From a virus (taxonomy: Duplodnaviria > Caudoviricetes), in the IMG/VR virus record IMGVR_UViG_3300020594_000163, positions 1-37,618 of that record: a stretch of 37,618 bases of DNA. The stretch is one strand, 5' to 3'. The notes under the pieces were generated by a model. That model was not told where the DNA came from. It saw only the letters and a program-made list of their open reading frames with translations, and ran no database searches. Positions 26,258-35,641 of this stretch are shown here, in pieces. Made by a program: the position numbers and the translations under genes. Positions within the stretch are counted from its first letter, which is position 1. Each line of letters starts with the position of its first letter.

Positions 26258-27274
26258 TTAGTGGTTAAAGGTTTTAAGTGAGTCACTGAGGCTCTTCAGG
26301 AGCGCACGTGTCTCAAGCGAAAGCTCGGGGGCTTTCTTCGTCTTAACCGGAAGTGCGGGCGAGATATCTACTGCTGCGGCTTTCAGTTCTTTGGCAACAA
26401 GTTGCCGTACTTCATCGCAAGCGATGAGTCTGGGATCGACTTCGGCAGGCACCTGACCGCGACGGAGTGATCGGATTTCTTCGATTGTCAGCCTGGATGA
26501 CTGAGTGAATTCTTCTACAGAACGCTCTCCAAGCATCGCCTGAACAGCTTTGGAGAGGTCGTTGGCGTCGGGTGCGCCACGAAGGCCTGGCTCGACGTTG
26601 TACAGATCGTTCAGCCAGCTGATGTACGCGGCCTTGAATTCTTCGATGGCCAGCTCGGTTGCAGAAACGACTTCAGCTGGCTTCTTCATGCTCCAGGAGA
26701 TGTCATCAATCGTCTGCGACAGAGCGCTACGGAGGCGGCTGCCACGAGCGTAGAGTTCGTTTTTGTCGATTGTTTCGCTGAAGCTGGTGGCCCTGGATTC
26801 GTCATCATGGGAGCGCACCTGGTCGATGGTTGCGGTTTCATTGGCCTCGAAATTGACAGGCGAGATCTCCTGAAGCGCGACCTCGGTGTATTCCTTGATG
26901 CCACTGGTGTTGAAGCCGGACTTGATGCCCCTAAAGCCGAAAGACATGGTGTCGATGGCGCCGTCTAACATCAGCTGGTGAGCGTCTCTGCCAGCTTCAG
27001 TCGAAAGCGACAGCTGCGCTTCGAAGTACACGCCTTTTTCGTCCTCGCGGATCTCGTTGACGACGCCGATGGGCATAGCTCCGAAGTCGTGATTCCAGAG
27101 CAGCTTGATGCGCGATCCGCGCTCAGAAAGTGTTTTCTTGAACGATCCGCGCTTGAAAGTGGTGTTGTAAGTATCGATAGAACCCCAGGTGACGATGTAG
27201 CCGGAAAACATTCCTGGCTTCTCATCAGCCCTGGTTTCTAACGGTACAAAACTGCGAACTTCCATGTTCTTCAT
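26258..27274 (-). CDS. HK97-family prohead protease with long C-terminal extension
   Basis: LLWNHD..PIG, MSFGF, LQEISPV...AN. Confidence 0.92.
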   Translation of the reverse strand: MKNMEVRSFVPLETRADEKPGMFSGYIVTWGSIDTYNTTFKRGSFKKTLSERGSRIKLLWNHDFGAMPIGVVNEIREDEKGVYFEAQLSLSTEAGRDAHQLMLDGAIDTMSFGFRGIKSGFNTSGIKEYTEVALQEISPVNFEANETATIDQVRSHDDESRATSFSETIDKNELYARGSRLRSALSQTIDDISWSMKKPAEVVSATELAIEEFKAAYISWLNDLYNVEPGLRGAPDANDLSKAVQAMLGERSVEEFTQSSRLTIEEIRSLRRGQVPAEVDPRLIACDEVRQLVAKELKAAAVDISPALPVKTKKAPELSLETRALLKSLSDSLKTFNH

Positions 27275-27288
27275 ATATCAATCCTTGA

Positions 27289-27324
27289 TGCCGTAATTAT
27301 ATTTGATAGTTAATATGCGGTAAA
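27289..27324 (-). promoter_or_regulatory. Internal promoter for protease-capsid genes
   Basis: TTTACC-17 bp-TATAAT followed by TACGGCA. Confidence 0.65.
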
Positions 27325-27328
27325 GTAT

Positions 27329-29311
27329 TTATTCACTAAAAGATAACGAGCACCGGCAATTAACTCGATCTTTCGTAGTTGTCGAAGAATCAAGGGGCCA
27401 GCGCGGTGTGCCGCCGTAGTGCGAGCTAAACCGGCCATCGATGGGGCGCACCTCGCCAGCCCTGGCAGCGTGACCATCCCGAGCACCACCAGAGGTGTTC
27501 CAGATCTTTTTCCCGGCGCCGACCTCTTCAGCAGAAGCAATCTGACCCACAGAGCTGACCGCCCCAGTGAGCGTCCTAGCAACACGCAGGGCGCGCTCTG
27601 GACCGAAGTGACCACCCTTCGTTAAACGATCCTTGAGCTGCTGAACGGTCTCGTTTGCTGCCCTGGAATCAGTGATTAGGGCTGTAAGGATCTCTACGGA
27701 ACTGGCATTCAAGAACCCCAGCTCAACCTCGATGACTTGCTCGGCGGTGAGTAGAGACGCGATGCGCAATGCGACGTTGCTGTCATCCCTGAACTCAACC
27801 GGCGCCGAGCTGCGTTTTTTGGCAACAACAACAGCATTCCCGGCATCAACCGCTGCTTCAGTAGCCAGCTGGCGGATGCCCTTGATGTGGCGCTGGCTGA
27901 TCGCGAACAGCTCATCATCCAGGCCATCCAGGTCTTCGCCATCGTCGATCAGACTGAACACCAGTGCGCGCTGCTCATCGAGCATTGCTTCGAAAGCTGG
28001 CCTCATATGCTTGCTGGCCATCTCCTCGCGACGATCGATCTCTTTTTCGATGTTCCGCAGCTCCGTTGGCATCAATGACCAGTTCTGCATGCCACGCTTT
28101 TCGAGCGCCTGCTGCGAACGATCTTCGGCTGCCGAAGGTGCCTGGGCATTGCTGCGGCCACCGAAAGGCTTGTCCCATCCATCGTACTGGGCGATACCCA
28201 GCTCGTAGCGTTCGTTGATGATGGACACTGGGACGCCCATTTTGAACAGCTTGCCGGCGCGGTCGAGCTTGGCATCCTGAGAGTCGCTCAGGGCATCAAC
28301 GCCGGTGAGGTCTGGCCCCAGGTAGTACCCTTCACTCAGCTCAGCGTGCAGCGAGCTGTTGAACGCGTCGATGATCAGGCCAAGCAGAGGCAGAATGGTG
28401 TTGATCCAGAAAATTCGTTTTGCTTCTGCGTAGTTGTTGTAGCTGCTCGATTCCATTGCGCCGGCAAGCTGGGCAGGGACTCCGAAGATGGCGAGGATCT
28501 CGTCGCGGTTCCATTTGCGCGAGGCAAGGAAGTCCATTTCGGCTTGAGTGAGGCCAAGCCTGGTGATCGTTGTGTCGCCCGAGAGCACCAAGGGCTTACC
28601 TGCATTCGAAGCGCCCCGAAATTTCGACATGATCGACTTGATGAGCGACTGACGTTGGTTGTCGGTCAGGTCGCCTTTCACGCTGATCGCGATGTCGGGG
28701 TTGCCGCGATTCTGAAGGAGCGACTTGTTCCAATCCTGCTGTCCACGGTCGATGTCCACCGCCCTTGATGCGGCCATCAATGGACTCAGGCCGAGAAGGG
28801 GATTGGCAGGGTCAGCGAGGCAAACCCGTACGACGGTATCGCGGGTGTAATCTGTAGAAATGCTGCGGTCACCGTTCACCTGGATCTCGTAGCCACCGAG
28901 TAAGAAGCCATTGTCAGCGGAGGCGATAGGGGCAATGCGGTCTGGGCTAACAGGCCAAAGCTCTCTAGTCTGGCTGCGGGCTCCTGCCACTTTGCGCAAG
29001 TACGCAGTGCCAGTGAGCTGTGTCCAGGCTGCCATTAATCGCATGAGGTCGGCCCTGGAGAAGTCTGGATGGGGCTTGGCGAAGAGCTTCGTTAGAGGGT
29101 GGTTCCATTCGACCTTACCGTTCGGGTTGTAGACGACGACCGGCACGGAGGCGATGGCGTCAGAAATCATCTTGATCGCCAGGTAGACCCAGCCAGATGC
29201 CCGAATGCCTTCAGCGGTGGTTTTATGGACAGTCCAAGTGGTCCACTCTGCCTGCCGCATTTGACTTAAGAAACTGCTCGATTGAGCAAGGTTACGCTGT
29301 TCGAAATCCAT
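27329..29311 (-). CDS. HK97-type portal fused to a Mu gpF / SPP1 gp7-like head morphogenesis domain
   Basis: Portal motifs (GLSPL.A, EILAIFGVP, YNN) in the first ~390 aa; C-terminal RA.RVART, KKIW, RDGH, VNCRC. Confidence 0.9.
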   Translation of the reverse strand: MDFEQRNLAQSSSFLSQMRQAEWTTWTVHKTTAEGIRASGWVYLAIKMISDAIASVPVVVYNPNGKVEWNHPLTKLFAKPHPDFSRADLMRLMAAWTQLTGTAYLRKVAGARSQTRELWPVSPDRIAPIASADNGFLLGGYEIQVNGDRSISTDYTRDTVVRVCLADPANPLLGLSPLMAASRAVDIDRGQQDWNKSLLQNRGNPDIAISVKGDLTDNQRQSLIKSIMSKFRGASNAGKPLVLSGDTTITRLGLTQAEMDFLASRKWNRDEILAIFGVPAQLAGAMESSSYNNYAEAKRIFWINTILPLLGLIIDAFNSSLHAELSEGYYLGPDLTGVDALSDSQDAKLDRAGKLFKMGVPVSIINERYELGIAQYDGWDKPFGGRSNAQAPSAAEDRSQQALEKRGMQNWSLMPTELRNIEKEIDRREEMASKHMRPAFEAMLDEQRALVFSLIDDGEDLDGLDDELFAISQRHIKGIRQLATEAAVDAGNAVVVAKKRSSAPVEFRDDSNVALRIASLLTAEQVIEVELGFLNASSVEILTALITDSRAANETVQQLKDRLTKGGHFGPERALRVARTLTGAVSSVGQIASAEEVGAGKKIWNTSGGARDGHAARAGEVRPIDGRFSSHYGGTPRWPLDSSTTTKDRVNCRCSLSFSE

Positions 29312-29365
29312 TTCGTTACCCGTTCATTTCCTCCTAATGCTTCCTGCTTTTGGAGAAATATTTAA

Positions 29366-29401
29366 TGCGTTAATTCTAGTTTTATAGATATTAAAACGCA
29401 A
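29366..29401 (-). promoter_or_regulatory. Internal promoter for the portal gene
   Basis: TTGCGT-17 bp-TAGAAT followed by TAACGCA. Confidence 0.6.
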
Positions 29402-29407
29402 TATATA

Positions 29408-29833
29408 TCAGTTAAACATAAATGAATTATCAGGATACTTTACGTTTTTCGGTGAATCGTACGCTTCCGGACAATTACGCAAAGCCTCACGGTACTGAGC
29501 AAGAGTCAAACGCCTACCGCCCACATCTTCTCCCAATATTTGCTTATCACTGAGAATCTTCTCGTAATTATCAGCAGCTTTGAGTAGTGAATCGCGCTTT
29601 GTACGTACAATTGACCAGTCTACCGCCTTCCTCTTGATGACTCGATTGAACGCCATTTCGGGTTCAACAAGCACATAATTGAACTGATTCATGATTCCAG
29701 CCCGCATATTCTCAGCCTCGACATCCGTCACCTCGACAGAACGAAACTTGTCAGACTTGGTTTCTGAGATATAGAGAACCTGTAGATCCTGGTTAACGAT
29801 TGCAAATTGAGACATGTGATCCTCCTTGATCAC
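29408..29833 (-). CDS. Tail fibre assembly chaperone-like protein
   Basis: VRTKRDSLLKAAD...YREALRNCPE...YP motif; directly after the fibre gene. Confidence 0.75.
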   Translation of the reverse strand: MIKEDHMSQFAIVNQDLQVLYISETKSDKFRSVEVTDVEAENMRAGIMNQFNYVLVEPEMAFNRVIKRKAVDWSIVRTKRDSLLKAADNYEKILSDKQILGEDVGGRRLTLAQYREALRNCPEAYDSPKNVKYPDNSFMFN

Positions 29834-31524
29834 TGAACTTTAATGTATGACTTGGCTCCGGATGCGGCAGGGATGTTCGGCAGCTTCCACTTTTCAGTTT
29901 CGTTGAAAGCAACGGACAGGAGCTTGATGTCGCGGTTGTTCGAGCCGTGGGTCACGACCAGGGTTCCGTTCGAGCGGGGGTGGAACTGAACGGCCTTGAG
30001 GTTCGCTGAGTAGTCTTGCTGCGTCTGAAGATTGATGGGGTCAAGACTAGTGAAGTTGCTCGTCTTGAACACGTCGCCGGCATCGTTTGCCAACAGCACA
30101 GACTGCCCGACGAGTCTTGCGGATGTGAAAGCCTGAGGCAGCGTTATGGTGACAGTGGATACGAGCTGCTCAACATCAAAAAGGACGGCCTTCACGAGAT
30201 CTGTGAGGTAGAGCTTGCCGTCTATGACGAACATGCGGTCAACGGCACTGACGCCGACGTAGCGGGACTGGGTGGCCTCCAAATCTGCGGCTTCGAAGCT
30301 GTCGGCGATGTGGATGTTCGCTCCAGCGTGAACGGCGATTTTGTTGCCAATTCGCTTGATGCAAGTGGGGCGGTAGCCGGAGTAGGAGCCCCAGGATGCT
30401 GATGCCGTAACAAGGCTCCAGGTGACAGCATCAAGGGACGAGTACACTGAAGCGCCGACAAGAGCGTAGAAGCTCGATGTTACGGCGTCGTAGTGCATCA
30501 GGGCAGATTTGGAGTCGTCAGAGATCGTTGCTAGCTGAGCGTGCTCGAAGCTCAACAAGTCTGTACTGACTGCGATCTCGACGATGCGGTTGCCGTAGTC
30601 GCCGAATGCTTCGCTCATGAAGACGTGCTTCGTACCATCTGTTGCATAGCCGGAGATAGCCTCGCCGCTGGTTTGGTCTCCAGCAACGCAGGGTGCAGCC
30701 TGAGGATCACTGAACAGGGAAATAGCTCGCTGTGTGAGCGAAGCCAGGTCGCCCGACACGACATTGACTGTCAATGAGCGAGGAGAAAGCAGGCAGATTG
30801 AGTCAGAAATCTCGACAGCTAAGGTATTGAGCTGCGCCTTCCAGTCGCTCTCACCGGCAGTCACAGAGCCCAGAAAGTTTGCGTACCAGATCGAGCCGGC
30901 AGGCACTTTTTCAATGTATTCGCTGCCTTCAAGGTCGGGATACCAAGACATCTCGAATAGGCTGCCGTCGCATGCAAGCCATGGGAATGCCTGAGCTTTC
31001 ACGAACTGCGAGATCTGCCCAGCAACGAAGCCAGAGCCGCTGGAACCACCCGTGGCGCTACCGCAGTCGATGGAATTGCCGTCAGATAGAAACAGGTAGA
31101 GATTGCCCCACGGCTGGATGACAGCTCCGACAACCGAGATGCCGTTGCTTCCGTTGATGCCGTTGTCGCCTTTCACCGTACCAAGAGGTACAACGCTGCC
31201 ATCGCTCATCGAGATATTGAGCTGGCCGTCAGTCAGCGTGATGTTTGCGATCCCGCGACCGTCGTCTCCGTCACGCCCATCGCGCCCTGGAATTCCCTGG
31301 ATACCCTGCGGGCCTTCGGCACCGGCAGGAAGGTAGCCAGCGGAGAGTTGTCGGCCATCCGTGAGCTTGAATATGAGGTTTCTGGCTTCGTTGACGTAGA
31401 TATCATCGACACCCACGCCAGCAGTTCCTGTATCGCCTTTCTTGCCCGCTACGACGAGCACATTGCCCACCGAAACCGACACCTCTTGGGTATTTTCAAT
31501 TGTTGATACGCTATCCATGCGCAC
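29830..31524 (-). CDS. Tail fibre / receptor-binding protein with collagen-like repeats and collar domain
   Basis: GXY repeats (GPQGIQGIPGRDGRDGDDG), G.I...WLACDG....YPDL collar start, C-terminal KLPNI...YIK. Confidence 0.8.
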   Translation of the reverse strand: MRMDSVSTIENTQEVSVSVGNVLVVAGKKGDTGTAGVGVDDIYVNEARNLIFKLTDGRQLSAGYLPAGAEGPQGIQGIPGRDGRDGDDGRGIANITLTDGQLNISMSDGSVVPLGTVKGDNGINGSNGISVVGAVIQPWGNLYLFLSDGNSIDCGSATGGSSGSGFVAGQISQFVKAQAFPWLACDGSLFEMSWYPDLEGSEYIEKVPAGSIWYANFLGSVTAGESDWKAQLNTLAVEISDSICLLSPRSLTVNVVSGDLASLTQRAISLFSDPQAAPCVAGDQTSGEAISGYATDGTKHVFMSEAFGDYGNRIVEIAVSTDLLSFEHAQLATISDDSKSALMHYDAVTSSFYALVGASVYSSLDAVTWSLVTASASWGSYSGYRPTCIKRIGNKIAVHAGANIHIADSFEAADLEATQSRYVGVSAVDRMFVIDGKLYLTDLVKAVLFDVEQLVSTVTITLPQAFTSARLVGQSVLLANDAGDVFKTSNFTSLDPINLQTQQDYSANLKAVQFHPRSNGTLVVTHGSNNRDIKLLSVAFNETEKWKLPNIPAASGAKSYIKVQ

Positions 31525-31613
31525 TCACCACCTGGTCCTATTCGCCCGTCCTGGGCGGTTGAATTTGTCTTCAAGAAAACGCTTTATTTGCCTTCAAACT
31601 CGCTCTATTGCGC

Positions 31614-32012
31614 TCAAACCGTCACATCCGCCACCACATCAATCCTGTCTTTCCAGTCTGTTGGAGGAGGCGCTAGGGTCGTTGTTGCCAAACCGAATGG
31701 CGTGTCCTCGACGAGCTGGATGTCCCAGTAGTATTTGCCGGGCTCCAGGGCGCTGGTTTGAGTTGAAGGCAACGAAAGGATGCAGATGCCGCCATCCAGG
31801 TCATCGAGAGGGCCTGAGCCCACAGGGTGGACGAGCTGAAGCGTGGGGACGGCCTGGTCGATGTCGGACTTGAGCGAGAGAGTCAGCGTGGAGCCAGGGA
31901 GGAATGGAACTGGCACAGGGCTGCCGGAGCTGTCTTTGCCGCTCCGACTTACCGTGATTTGCTTTGTATCACCTCTCCTGAAGCTGCTGATGTATTTAGA
32001 CATTACGTTCAC
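31614..32012 (-). CDS. BppU-like baseplate/fibre attachment domain protein
   Basis: RGDT, G...LSLP..QT..L..GKYYWDIQL pattern. Confidence 0.6.
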   Translation of the reverse strand: MNVMSKYISSFRRGDTKQITVSRSGKDSSGSPVPVPFLPGSTLTLSLKSDIDQAVPTLQLVHPVGSGPLDDLDGGICILSLPSTQTSALEPGKYYWDIQLVEDTPFGLATTTLAPPPTDWKDRIDVVADVTV

Positions 32013-32023
32013 TCTCTAATATT

Positions 32024-32057
32024 TGCGTATTATCCAATTATTAAAGAGTAAAGTAAA
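32024..32057 (-). promoter_or_regulatory. Internal promoter for the fibre module
   Basis: TTTACT-17 bp-GATAAT followed by ACGCA. Confidence 0.5.
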
Positions 32058-32077
32058 TATTTTATGATAGTACCCAG

Positions 32078-32794
32078 TTATTCGTCCGCATCAATATCCG
32101 AAGGGTCTACAACATCGTAGTTTGAGTGAAGCTCACGTGCTATATAGAAAAGCGCCTGCGGATTTGTCTTGCGATAGTCCTCGTCGTAAAGCTCACGCAG
32201 GGCCTTCAGGTCGATTCCTGTTTCACTAAGAATATTCTCATGGGCAGCAATCAATTCACCCTGAATTGAGCCAAATTTCCTGCGATGCTCAGATAGTGTG
32301 TACTGCTTTCTGATGTAGATAAGTCTACCAATCAGCGCATCAATGTCATATTTCTTGACCTGAGCTTCAATAGTTTTCTTTACTACCTCTTGTGCTTCAG
32401 CAGCTTGTTTCTGAGCATCAACAAGACCTGGTGTGGCTTGCTCAATTTTAGCCTTAATCTCAGCAATCTTATCGATTTTTGCCTGATATTCTTGCTTTGC
32501 AACAAGTGCCGCTCTGGTTTTGGATTCGATCTCAGCCAGCCTGGATTCCAGATTTGCAAGCTCTGTATCAGTAGCCTCTTGCTCTTCAATGGCTTTCAAG
32601 GCAGAAAGGGCAGGCTCTGCCTTCTCTTTAAATACATCTAGCTTGTTGTGATTAATCTTCGAATTACTGACTACCCAGCGCTTTCTATCTGAGTCCCATT
32701 TAGCTGTCTTGAAGATCTCTTTAAAAGCGTCTTTTAGATCGAATGGGAAGGATATAAGCAGTGATTTTCCTTCTTCTCTTGCAGTGATTTCCAT
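32078..32794 (-). CDS. Hypothetical protein with HARP-like N-terminus and coiled coil (moron)
   Basis: ISFPFDLKDAFK...AKWD...KRW; lower GC; own promoter cassette. Confidence 0.7.
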   Translation of the reverse strand: MEITAREEGKSLLISFPFDLKDAFKEIFKTAKWDSDRKRWVVSNSKINHNKLDVFKEKAEPALSALKAIEEQEATDTELANLESRLAEIESKTRAALVAKQEYQAKIDKIAEIKAKIEQATPGLVDAQKQAAEAQEVVKKTIEAQVKKYDIDALIGRLIYIRKQYTLSEHRRKFGSIQGELIAAHENILSETGIDLKALRELYDEDYRKTNPQALFYIARELHSNYDVVDPSDIDADE

Positions 32795-32821
32795 GATTGC
32801 TTCCTTTGTTGTTTGTTTATA

Positions 32822-32929
32822 TTTATAGTATAACGTACTTTAATTGAGTTTAAACACGGGAAATAAAAATAATTGTAAAATAAATGCGCAAGTAAGGTGC
32901 GGCGGAAGATGTATAGGTAAAACTATTTT
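32822..32929 (-). repeat. Dispersed promoter-cassette repeat, copy A
   Basis: 21 bp identical to 37377-37397 (TTTATAGTATAACGTACTTTA), similarity continuing to ATGTATAGGT(A/G)AAACTATTTT. Confidence 0.85.
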
Positions 32930-32951
32930 ATTTGTCAGGTATTTTCGAAGG

Positions 32952-34499
32952 CTAATAGTCATCATCATCGTAATAATCAGCTGTTTCAGGCAGCTCTATA
33001 ACAATGTCTTGTTCGAAAGTAATAGCTTTACGAGACCACTTCAGAAACTGGGAAAGGGCGTCAACTTGGTCGTCATGCTTGACTAACGGGAAGTTGATCA
33101 TCTCTTGCTCGAAGTCGTACATCCATGCGGCCGACTCCGGCAGCCACACCAGCCCAGCTTCAAGCAGCGGAGCTTGGGAGGACATGCGGATGACCTTGCC
33201 TGCCTCGGGCTCGATACGAATCACCGGCAAGCCTTCCTCGCGCATGTCTTGAATCAGCGACTGGCCGGAGGCTTTGTCTTCAACGAGAACTGCAACAGGC
33301 CCATGAAGCTCGCAGAGAGCGAATACGGTGCGTTTGAGGTTCGGGTATGTCACCCGCTTACGCCACACGTCGAGGATGTACCAGCGCTTCCGGTACTTGC
33401 CCAGGACGATGGCTACTGATGGGTCGTTCTGCTGGGCCTCCTTGTATGCAGTGTCGCAACTGATGACGATCTGGTCGAAATCGACGGGAGCCTCGCGGTA
33501 ACGCTGGAACCACCCAAGCTCGATCATGCCGCCAGTTTCGGGGGTGGGGCGCTGCTGGTACTGGCCGGAGAACATGTACGGCGCGGCATCCCGCATGACC
33601 ACCAGCTCGGCGACGGTGTGCTTGAAAGGCCACAGAGCAACCAGCTCACCGTCTTCGTTTTCACGCAGCGCCGGCAGTTCAAGGTGGGTCCATTTCTCGC
33701 CCGTAGCACCGCCCAACAAGAACCCGGTGGTGTCTTCCTCATGCAGGCGCTGCATAACCACGATGATGGGCGTTTTGCGGCTGTTTACGCGGCTGCCGAT
33801 CGTGTTGACCATGCGGCCATTGATGGTCTTCCTAAGCGCCGCAGATTCAGCGTCAGCGGGCTTAATCGGGTCATCGACAATGATTGCGCCGTAGAACTTG
33901 CCGTCATCAGCGGCCTCGTTGACCCACTCCAGCTCAATGCCAAGGGCCTTCAGCTCTTCAAGGTGCGATTTATCTTCGTCACCCTCGGCAGTCTCGGCAG
34001 AGGTAGACCCAGCACCAAAACCAGTGACGGCACCGCCTGAGGACGTGGCATACACACCACCGCCTGCGGTCGTGTACCACTTCTTCTTCGATTTCGCGTC
34101 GTCTTTGAGCTTTACCTCTGGCCATAGCTCTTGGAACTCATCAGAGATGATGATCTCCTTCACTTTCGAGCTGTTATCGAGTGCCAATTCGTCCGAGTAG
34201 CTGAGATGAATGAATTTGGCACGTGGGTTGACCGCAATAGACCACGCTATGAACATGATCACGATCAGCTCTGTCTTGCCGTACCTGGGTGGCATGTTGA
34301 CGATGAGGCGCACGATCTCGGATGTCGTGCAGGACATCAGGTAGCGAACAATCTCGTAGTGATGTTCCGCTAGAATGAATTTTTTGCCTTCGCGCTTCCG
34401 GAAGAAGTAGCAGACAAAAAATATGAAGCTTGTTTCGCAGAGATGCTTCGTAATAGCTCTGACCGCCAGGGCTGCCTGACTGTTTAACGCAGCAGACAC
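32952..34499 (-). CDS. terL: Terminase large subunit
   Basis: MPPRYGKT Walker A, IIVDDP Walker B, YQQRP, SCDTA, HDDQVDA nuclease motifs. Confidence 0.95.
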   Translation of the reverse strand: MSAALNSQAALAVRAITKHLCETSFIFFVCYFFRKREGKKFILAEHHYEIVRYLMSCTTSEIVRLIVNMPPRYGKTELIVIMFIAWSIAVNPRAKFIHLSYSDELALDNSSKVKEIIISDEFQELWPEVKLKDDAKSKKKWYTTAGGGVYATSSGGAVTGFGAGSTSAETAEGDEDKSHLEELKALGIELEWVNEAADDGKFYGAIIVDDPIKPADAESAALRKTINGRMVNTIGSRVNSRKTPIIVVMQRLHEEDTTGFLLGGATGEKWTHLELPALRENEDGELVALWPFKHTVAELVVMRDAAPYMFSGQYQQRPTPETGGMIELGWFQRYREAPVDFDQIVISCDTAYKEAQQNDPSVAIVLGKYRKRWYILDVWRKRVTYPNLKRTVFALCELHGPVAVLVEDKASGQSLIQDMREEGLPVIRIEPEAGKVIRMSSQAPLLEAGLVWLPESAAWMYDFEQEMINFPLVKHDDQVDALSQFLKWSRKAITFEQDIVIELPETADYYDDDDY

Positions 34500-34877
34500 T
34501 TAGCAGTATTCCTTTAGAAGCGCTGTCGTGATCGCTGCCAACTGGGCTTCTGAAAGTTCTACCGCACCCTCGGTCTTGATCGCATCGCCATTTTCGCCGG
34601 TCAGCTCAGTCTTGTTCGTTTCTTTCCAACCAGCCTGCGTCTTCAGATAGAAGAAGATCGAAGCCGGATGCCCAGCCATCACTTTCTTATAGAGCTGCCC
34701 AGCAGCCATGCCAATAGCTACGTTTTTGCCATTGTCATAGTCTTCTTGGCAGTGTCTTTGAAGAGTACGCTTATTGAGCTTGAGAACAGATGCAATCTGA
34801 TCCCACGTTAATCCGTAGCCGGCAAGCTCAGCGATTAAAGTTCTTTGTGCAGAAGTGATTTCAACTGGTAACGTCAT
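34500..34877 (-). CDS. terS: Terminase small subunit
   Basis: HTH (GLTWDQIASVL...RTL), FYLKTQAGWKE, ELTGENG; abuts terL. Confidence 0.85.
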   Translation of the reverse strand: MTLPVEITSAQRTLIAELAGYGLTWDQIASVLKLNKRTLQRHCQEDYDNGKNVAIGMAAGQLYKKVMAGHPASIFFYLKTQAGWKETNKTELTGENGDAIKTEGAVELSEAQLAAITTALLKEYC

Positions 34878-34923
34878 AATTATCCCCGCCATCCTTGGCA
34901 AAGATAATTATATGGCTTATATG

Positions 34924-35604
34924 TTATTTGATAAAGATATTATCGAAAATAACAATATCCGGCAGAATGTCATACAAAGCGAGAAGTTGCTTGTTCTCAG
35001 TCAAAATACTGAGAGCAATATCTTCGATATGACTAGCGCTCGGAACCCCATTGACTTGATACAAAGAAGTGCTTTGGGCGAGTTTGATGCAACGTGCTCC
35101 GTTCACTTTGAAGCAATAGGCGTGATATGTCTGGTAAATGTCGTCAACATCGATGTTTCCGCACCATCCACATTTCTCTTCATCTTCAAGCGTAGCGATG
35201 TCGCCTCGCTCATTTCGAAGAGTGAAATAGATTGAGAAAGATGGAAAAGGAAAAGCGAGGCGATCAATGTAGAAGTCATTATCGACAGTCGCATGTTCAA
35301 AGCAAAACGAAACAACACCTTCTTTGAGAAGCTTTGGATCAAGCTCCACGGCTGTCTCAGCATACTCCCGAAGCTCAAGAACGGAAGCAACAGTCTTCTC
35401 ATCGTTCTCAGCGAATCTAGCAACACCACCGGCATGAGCAACTGGAGGAAAGCTCTCTTCTACAAATTTCTTAACAGCTTCGAAGTTGAATTTAAGATCA
35501 ATCACTTGAGGCATCCAGGTCAGAAGATGCCGAAAATCTAGCGATATAAATTGCAAAGTCAATTGCGGGTTATTTGGCAACAAAACGCACGGTGAAATTG
35601 TCAT
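34924..35604 (-). CDS. Hypothetical protein, 226 aa
   Basis: Long lower-GC ORF; no motif recognised. Confidence 0.65.
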   Translation of the reverse strand: MTISPCVLLPNNPQLTLQFISLDFRHLLTWMPQVIDLKFNFEAVKKFVEESFPPVAHAGGVARFAENDEKTVASVLELREYAETAVELDPKLLKEGVVSFCFEHATVDNDFYIDRLAFPFPSFSIYFTLRNERGDIATLEDEEKCGWCGNIDVDDIYQTYHAYCFKVNGARCIKLAQSTSLYQVNGVPSASHIEDIALSILTENKQLLALYDILPDIVIFDNIFIK

Positions 35605-35641
35605 TCAGCTACAAAAAACTGTAATTGAAAGCAAAAATTTG

